Part shown: positions 1 to 64,000 of the stretch, piece after piece
Layout of the letters: each line of letters starts with the position of its first letter
How positions within the stretch are numbered: position 1 is the first letter of the stretch
Assembly: GCA_030248215.1 (NCBI GenBank)
Contig: JASANG010003910.1
Coordinates: 186,001-250,000, forward strand
Direction of reading: 5' to 3'
DNA length: 64,000 nt
Source: Enoplolaimus lenunculus
Lineage: Eukaryota
Made by a program: the position numbers and the translations under genes
Notes under the pieces: model-generated
Databases searched by the model: none
The model's input: the letters and a program-made list of their open reading frames with translations, nothing else
What the model was told of the DNA's origin: nothing

Positions 1-154
1 TGAATACTGTCTGTATACGTATGTATGTAGCTGTTCCTGTTGCATGTTTCTAGTCATTGAATAGGTCGGGTTAGTAAAGTTTGCATCAGGTGACTTTCCA
101 CGTATTAAAGGTAACGCTCGTATTCTTAAATGCGTAAATATATATAATATATAT

Positions 155-508
155 CAGGGTACAACCGGAATTCCGATTCCGGCATTTTTTCACCTTCCGG
201 TTCCGGTTCCGGTAAATTTTTACCGGATTTAAAAATTCCGGTATTATAATTTGGCCGTTTTCTTAACTTTGCTAATTTTTAAGAATCTCTTTTGAAAGCC
301 ACTTGTACTCCGAATATAAGCCATTGATGGTGGATTTCACTTCAGTCGATGATGAAAATCTAAAATACAACAAATAAAATAAATACCTATGTTCGACTAA
401 GGTTATTTCACAAATAATAGAGCAAAAAATAAGATTAAAATGAAATTTTTGGTGAAATGCATTTTTTACTTTCAGGTTCCGGTAAATTGTAATTCCGGTT
501 GCACCCTG
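155..508 (-). mobile_element. MITE family A (TIR CAGGGTGCAACCGGAATT, internal CCGGAA repeats)
   Basis: terminal inverted repeats; closely matches copies at 521, 36554 and 53923; sits in an (AT)n tract. Confidence 0.9.
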
Positions 509-520
509 AAATATATATAT

Positions 521-909
521 CAGGGTGCAACCGGAATTACAATTTACCGGAACCGGAACCGGAACCGGAATTTGAAAATTTTACCGGAACCGGAACCGGA
601 ACCGGAAAATGAAAAATGCATTTCACCAAAAATTTCATTTTAATCGTATTTTTTGCTCTATTATTCGTGAAACAACCTTAGTCGAACACAGGTATTTATT
701 TTATTTGTTGTATTTTAGATTTTCGTCGTCGACTGAAGTGAAATCCACCATCAACGGCTTATATTCTGAGTACAAGTGGCTTTCAAAAGAGATTCTTAAA
801 CGGCCAAATTATAACACCGGAATTTTTAAATCCGGTAAAAATTTACCGGAACCGGAACCGGAAGGTGAAAAAATGCCGGAACCGGAACCGGAATTCCGGT
901 TGCACCCTG
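521..909 (+). mobile_element. MITE family A, inverted relative to the 155-508 copy
   Basis: CAGGGTGCAACCGG...CCGGTTGCACCCTG termini. Confidence 0.9.
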
Positions 910-1560
910 GTATATATATGTATATATATATATATCAGTTGCGGATGTCAAAATTTGAACCGAGGTTGGCTGAGTTTCAAAGCTCACCCTTCGCTTATTC
1001 GAATGTTTATGAAATATCAGCCACTGGTGATAGGTGTTACACTAATTTTATAATACGAATGTATGTAGATGTTTGGTCTGGGGTAAAATGGAATACGTTG
1101 GCTGTGCTTACAGAATAAATGTGCTTTTTCGGAAGCAACAGCATGGTTAGTATATATGACGGGCGGCAACTTGAAATGTTCGCATGCGCAATAAAATTTT
1201 GTTTAATTTTGTTTCAATTTTAGCTTTTTTATATTCAATTTTTAATTAAAGCATGTCAAGTTTTGTGTGATACCGACGTGTAGTCGAAGAGTAATTTCGG
1301 AATTTACAGCGGTCGCCCGGTGTGCGCGAATTGAACATATTCGCATGTTTTTCATCTTACAGGGTGATATTCATGGGCGTTATACAAAGCGCTCATAGGA
1401 GGATACATATACATCCCCCGGAAATTTCTGGGAAACTCTAAAAACGCACTTTTACAGGCGGCAGTACAGCCTTCAGAGGTCAGAAAGTTCGCTTGCAAAA
1501 ACTTTTTTAGATGTGGGTTTTCTCCTCATGAAATGAAAGTCTGGCTGCGCTCCTGGTAAC

Positions 1561-1962
1561 ACTGTAGTGATCCGAATAAGAGGGGGAGGGTGATAAGAGG
1601 AGGTAGCCATTTAGAGTCCCAATCAATAAGAGTCTGTCAGTCTGCATCCCTAATTTGAGTCCATATGAGAGACCAAAGAAGGAAAATTGCAAACACGCTC
1701 AATATGTAGCATACACTCAGACAACCAGCACAAATTGTTATTAAATGTGGAACAAAAATTAACGGACACGGCAGTCAAGAAAACCGCTCCGAGTCAACAA
1801 GTCAGATTTGCTCAAAAGAAAATTATTAAAAACAAGGGCAGTGGGTCCTACTAAAACGGGTGAACTAAAAGCAAATAGTCCGTCACCGAATAGCAGGACG
1901 GGTACTGTTGGGAGAGGCAGAATAAATATCTGTCCGTTTCCTCGTATTCGGTTCACTACAGT
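1561..1962. mobile_element. ~400-bp element with 23-bp imperfect TIR (ACTGTAGTGA(T/A)CCGAATA(A/C)GAGG); MITE or solo-LTR-like (TGT...ACA)
   Basis: 1561-1583 is the reverse complement of 1940-1962 with 2 mismatches; no clear TSD. Confidence 0.6.
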
Positions 1963-2079
1963 AGTGTGATTGTTTTTGTCTGGGTAGCGGTTAAAAATAG
2001 TTCGGTGTTCGGTGATATATAGTTGATTCAATGACTCGAATGAAATATTCACAATATTGGAATGGTCAAGTGTGTTGAG

Positions 2080-2673
2080 CAGGGAGCAACCGGATATTAA
2101 TTTATGGTAACCAGAACTGTGTTTTTAAAACCGGATGGGATAAGAATCGTCGTATTGAAATCTTTAATATGTCCAATTGTAATAAGCCATTTAGGGTAAT
2201 CGGAGCTACATCCATAAATATTCTGCATCCGGTTTGGTTATTACGGACTTGAACTATGTTATTGTAGGCTGGAACAAAAAGTTTGGTGTTTGCAAAATTT
2301 CATTAACCAGTCTTGTTGACATGTATACGTACGGTGTGAGTATACGGTACATAACGTTGACTAACAAGGTGGGGTGCTGCCGGATATCCGGTTCCGATTT
2401 AATAGCCTACAAAACTAACGGATACCGGATATTTGCGGTGGTATTGCTGAATATTATAAAACTACTTTTTACAAGAAGTTCAAGTTTTGATACGTTTTCA
2501 GGTTCTTTTAAGTTATGTAAGCGAACAAGAGTTAAACGCATGCTTGCATTAAATAATTTGAGTTGATCAGCCGCAATTATGAACTTTATGACAGCCAAAA
2601 TAATTTATTTTAACATGTAAAATATGCGTATCAGGTTGCAGTATCCGGTAAATTTATATCCGGTCGCACCCTG
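2080..2673. mobile_element. Degenerate MITE(s) with CAGGG..CAACCGGATAT termini
   Basis: cagggagcaaccggatat ... atatccggtcgcaccctg; related sequence at about 32155-32550. Confidence 0.55.
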
Positions 2674-3522
2674 CACTCAGGAAACGTGTTTGCCCGGATG
2701 ACTTATTTCGGTTAAAAATGGAATCGCTATTTTAAAGTATTCCGAAAACATTATTCAGTGTTTGCTTAATCTGTTGAATTTTCTGTCGGTAACGCTGTTA
2801 TGTTTTGGTTTGCAGTAAAGAAGTTTTTGGTGACAAAATTTAGACCGGATTCAGCTTCGAGAGTTATTTATCGTCTATTTCCAGTCGGCAAAGATGTTTT
2901 ATAAACGAAAAACAACTTTGTAAATTCAGTTGGTTTGTTTGGTTATGAATATCTGCCGAGAGTTGAAAAGCTAGTCTGAAACTAAAGTTGTAACATTTAA
3001 AAATATATACGCGGGCCCGGGCCCGGATTTTTCTGAAGAAAAAGGCGGACCCTGGCTTAAAATTTTTAAGAATGCAACCGCGGACCCGGGATGATTTCTT
3101 GAAGCGAAAACCTGACCCGCAATTATTCGGCTAAAATAACCGGAATACCGAGACTCGGATGCAACTCTTAACTGAAACCGAGACGCTGCCGGATGCGGAG
3201 TCTCAATTTTGGTTGTTTGCAGTAAAATACTGGCAATGTTGGTTAAAATTGTAAGGGTCATATATGCATATGTAGTAACAGTTGCAAAATTTTAAGTTTA
3301 CGTATTTAGATATGTATAGTTTGAACGGAACTTATAATTTCTTGGCTGTTGTGTACGTACATATTTGATATCCGTTCGAGCTCGTAGCTATAGGGAAGTG
3401 AGTGCGCTCAGTCCAGTCCATCTCTGGAAAAGTTTCAAGCTCGCTTGCAAGTCATCTGAAAGCCCCCGAATGGCTCTCCTTAAATTTTTAGCTTCCTTAC
3501 ACGCGTAAATGGCTACCACGAG

Positions 3523-3630
3523 CAGGGATGGGTGGTCTCGGCCAAAAAACGAGACCGATACCGAGACCAGCCAAGTCCCGAGACTTACCGAGACCGAGAC
3601 CGAGACCGAGACTGAGACCACCCATCCGTG
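3523..3630. mobile_element. Short hAT-type MITE (TIR CAGGGATGGGTGGTCTC, GAGACC repeats)
   Basis: TIRs; 8-bp TSD accacgag/acgacgag; related start at 33101. Confidence 0.75.
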
Positions 3631-3687
3631 ACGACGAGCGGGGTTTGTTGTATTTACATTATCTAAAATCTTCGATTATTGTTTCAG

Positions 3688-59990
<56,303 letters not shown>

Positions 59991-62900
59991 TTTTTTTTTA
60001 ATTTCAGCTGGAGCTAGGGGTGTAGGTGTGGGTAAATCTTGACCTGGGGGTGGACTTAAATTGTAAGTCGTACTGTTTCGTCACAAGCACGCTTGGCTTT
60101 AACCCGGAAATTGGAAAATTGTTCAGCTTCGAACTGTAATATGTAAAAAAATATCGCGTTTTACTTTAATTTCATGAGTTTATAAATATTAGTATTTCGA
60201 TTTTGGCATTGACATATTCTCGCGTTTTAGCTGCATAAAACTTTCTGCAATCAGAAGCCTGCTTAACGAGTTGTTTCAAATAACTGATTTGGTGCGCTGC
60301 CAGCGATCATGTTTTCGGCGCCAAATTCAGTTTTTTGACAATAACTCAATAACCAGACGTCTGATTGGGAACATTTACGATTATTCGTCTTAGCTTCACA
60401 ACTCGTGTCAAATGGTATATATTTTATAATTTTTTGACAAAAAAAAATGGCTCCAATGATTCAATTTGAGACCTGAAAAATTCGAATTTTTTAAAATTTT
60501 ATGTTTGGGAGTGGAATACTCTTGGGAGGTCATCAGAACATCAGAAACTGATGAGCGGAGCGAGCTAAACAAGCCACGTTTGTTTTTGTAAGGACATATT
60601 AAATCCCTGGTTTTTTCTGACTTCAAAGCCTCTCAATTGCTGCAACCTCGCGTACAAAGCGAAGTTGAAGCTAGACGTATTCTTGTGTTAAATCATACGG
60701 TAAAGGCAAGCTTTCAATTTTGTGCGCACCAGCTTTGGCCCCACTGTCGTCGGAACCTGGTTAGCGAATCGACCAAGCTGCATATGTAGTTTTACATTTA
60801 GTCTCGTGGTAAATTTCAATTCAGAAATCCATTTATATTTTTATATGCTGCAATTTTCGCTCTTTTTGGACATGTAATGTTTTTGGTGATCACATACACA
60901 CGGTCACTGATAATATGTTTCATGTAAATTAGTTACATATCATCTAAAAACAGTGTTTTATATCATGATTAGTTGCATATTATATTTAAGAATCGTTTAA
61001 TATTTTTCCGATTATTTCTTTTTTCCACCCCCCCGGAAAAAATGGAAAATATGAAAAAACCATTTTTGCGGTAATTTTTTTCCGGCCAACAGCCCTGATA
61101 CTAATTAAATCTATTTTACTTTCATCGTCACTAATTGAACAAGTTACTTTAAAATGTCATCTTAAGGGTTATCAAATTGTAAAACACGACCCAAATTTAA
61201 CACTGCCGGGATTTTTAATTCCGGTAAACATTTACCGGAACCAAAACCGGAAGGTGAAAAAACGCTGGAACCGGAACGGAATTCCGTTTGCACCCTGGCT
61301 TATACCTAAGACTTAGCCTAAGCCTAAGCCTGAGTAAAAAATTAGTCAAAAGTTTAAGCTTACTCTCTATTGCAATCCCGCAGAAAAACTAGGTTGCAAA
61401 TAACGTATGCGTAGCTGCTACATTTTAGCACCGCCGCAAGCTATTAGCATCATTTTATAATATACTGTCGGTTTGAATTACGTTTATGGTTGTTTGAAGT
61501 CTGCGGCATGCTGGTCATTCCTTTTTGTTTTTCGCTGCGGGAAAAACGAAATATCACTATGGTACAAATATATGCAGTCTTGATATACTGTAGAGTAGCT
61601 TTTGTTGCGTATTTACGCACAAAAATTTGGCTCTCGGGCGCAAAATAAATCTATTGTACATTTCGTGATAAAAACCTTAGGTTTGTATATGAGCACAGCA
61701 TATATTGGCGAATTGGTAAAATAGCCGGTATTCTTCAAGTTTACTAAACTAAAGTAAGAGTTGAAATTTTTGTTCTGGTCGGGTTAACAGTTGCGAATTC
61801 CGACCTATAACACTTTTAATGGAATATATGCCTCAATTTTATGCTGTGAAACCAAACGCATAATTTTCAATGCAAAAGTAGAAGTGCTATTAAGACATAT
61901 ATTTGAAGACTACTCTAAGTAATATTTCAAATAAAAAGTAAACTTTTATTCGAATGTTGGTCAGGGCTGTAACCAGGATTTTATTTCGGGAATCGATAAT
62001 TTCGTCGAAAAATTTCTGCAAGCGAGCGTAGCGAATGAGAAATTTTTTACTTACTTCTGATTGCTGTTCTACAGTTTGTAAAAGTGAGTTTTTCCAGTCG
62101 TTGTACGAGTTTCATTTGGATATATTCAGTCACCATATAACCCGTTGTATATACCCCTGATGTTGCTGTATGAAACAGAATTCACAATTATTGTAATTTT
62201 ATGCATAGCGTCGTCGTATCCTAACATTGGCTCGAGCGTTGTCTTTGGTTTTCAAATTTATGACAAAGTTTGTAGTTTATAATTGTATTCACGGCTCTTG
62301 TACACTTCTCCTCTATATTTAAGGATAAAGTTTAGGCAACAATTTAGCCATAGATGAACCTTTTCCTAAACCTAAGCTTAATTATTGTACGGTAGTAAAC
62401 AAGGATGTAGTTGTTAAACTAGTACGACCAAGAGTGGGTAATCGCTAACAAGAGTGTGCAACTGGACACATTCTGTATAAAAAGGATGTACCCGGCACGC
62501 GTTCTGGTTTTGCACTACCTCCCCTTTATTTATAGGGAGGTACAACCGGTGCGAACCATGTCACTTTATGCGGCGTAGACATTTTCTCCTTGTAGTTTAA
62601 TTTAGTGGTATTCATGTGATAGCGGCCCCCTCCCCTCTAAGTAAGGGATGGGCCGGCCAAAAACACAACACCTGGTGGTACATTTGGTACCATGCGGGAC
62701 TCCAAGAGTTGTACACTCTTGTCATTGTCCACTCTTCGTACGGCGCCTGGTTGCTGCTATACATAAAACGGCCCATGTATAGAACCGGGTTCCGGAGGGG
62801 CTATAATAGAGTCAGTTTAAGCTTTACACTAATTAACGCCTAGTGTTGTTGGACAAAGTAAAAAAATACAAAATCGTCAAAGATAGCGCTGTGCCACCGT

Positions 62901-64000
62901 TTACGACGGTTACCCACGTGAGCCGGTGTATGGATAGTTAACTGTATGACAGATTGCTTCTTTCAATATATTTAACATCACGCGAACGAAAAAGCGAAAA
63001 TTAACTCTACAATTACAGTGTGGTCGCATAATGGGCCCGATCGTACTATATATACAGTCTCTTTCACTCTGGTTAGCAGCAATCAGACATCAGGCGCTCA
63101 AAATGGTGTGCTTTGAGGTGTGGGTATACGGCGATATGAGGGTATATCAGTCAGGTTGCACGTATTGGACTTGCCCTTGTCAGCTAAAAGATATATTTAG
63201 AACGCGCATGCGCAACATTTATCACTCAAAGATGTGTTATGGTTTTGTTGTTTTTATTGAAAATGTTTTCAACCAAGGCGTGTAACTTGCAACGCATATA
63301 TGTTAGTGGCAGATCTTATAGACTTTCTGTCAGATCTCTTGTCAGATCGATGAACCTGCTCGTATGTGTGTAACAACGAAACGTTTGTTGCATTCGTTTA
63401 AGCCAGGGTGCAACCGGGATTCCAGTTTCGGTCGGCGAAACCAAAATTTTCACTGACCAGTTTAGATTTTAATCCGGAACTTTTCAGCGTATTTTGTGTT
63501 ACTTTCGGTGTTTATAATATTGTCGTTCAACAATTTAACATTAAATTTTTGTGTTGAATTTGTTATTTTTAAAGTAATAAAAAGTAGCAAGGGGACAGGC
63601 AGTTGCATTTTTAGGAAGTTGATGATAAATAGTGAAAAAAAGCTGGAGTATTATTTTTGGTCGGACTGTGCTAAAAATAATTTTTCACTATCGCTCCAGC
63701 GTATATGTGTTGCCTAATGCCAGAAAGTGAGCTGTATTGACAGGAAATATGCTTTCATTCGGCTAGGAAGCTGATTTTTACTTCTTTCTTGATTAGGCCG
63801 GTATCCATAACGGACCCGGGGGTTAAACCAACCTTGGAAAATTTTGGTCTCCCTGTAAAAGTTACAACTACACTTGTTAGTTATATATATACGAAACTTT
63901 CGCATGGCCCTCCTGAAAAATTTTAGGACCTCCTGTTCGTACCATGTGTTACGCTGTCCTCGCAGGACATAAACACTTAACATAGTAGGACAAGCTAAGT

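Noticed and set aside
440..1118. ORFs with PEPEPE / RNRNRN repeats (also near 36366-37176 and 55050)
   Set aside because: Translations of CCGGAA subterminal repeats in non-coding MITEs; no transposase motifs
1..3687. Promoter or start codon of the channel
   Set aside because: The first exon found encodes IS2 and has a splice acceptor; no N-terminus or IS1 exon is visible, so this region is intronic
62480..64000. GC-richer patches, possibly LTR remnants or further exons
   Set aside because: No recognisable termini, TSD, coding homology or convincing splice sites

Overview
AT-rich eukaryotic genomic DNA, most likely from a nematode: acceptors are TTT(T/C)AG, there are dispersed degenerate TTAGGC arrays, and the peptide is EGL-19-like. 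Almost the whole window is one + strand gene for an L-type voltage-gated calcium channel alpha-1 subunit (Cav1, egl-19 orthologue). I traced it by hand from IS2 (3688) to a putative stop at 59990. There are 40 exon positions, all GT-AG with consistent phases, summing to 5952 nt (1983 aa plus stop). The N-terminus and IS1 lie upstream of the window. The EEEE filter, AID, IQ motif and a KRAISGDL site are intact. The main finding is two pairs of duplicated, apparently mutually exclusive exons. One 65-nt pair (23497-23561 / 24718-24782) swaps the domain III P2 helix and outer vestibule directly after the filter glutamate. One 111-nt pair (28444-28554 / 33627-33737) swaps the IVS1-S2 loop and IVS2. 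Both downstream copies have a TGCATG (RBFOX-type) motif 110-135 nt downstream. Introns hold many non-autonomous transposons: several hAT-type MITE families with 8-bp TSDs, a DINE-1/HINE-like Helentron derivative, and minisatellites. Nearly all short ORFs in the supplied track are exon read-throughs or repeat artefacts.
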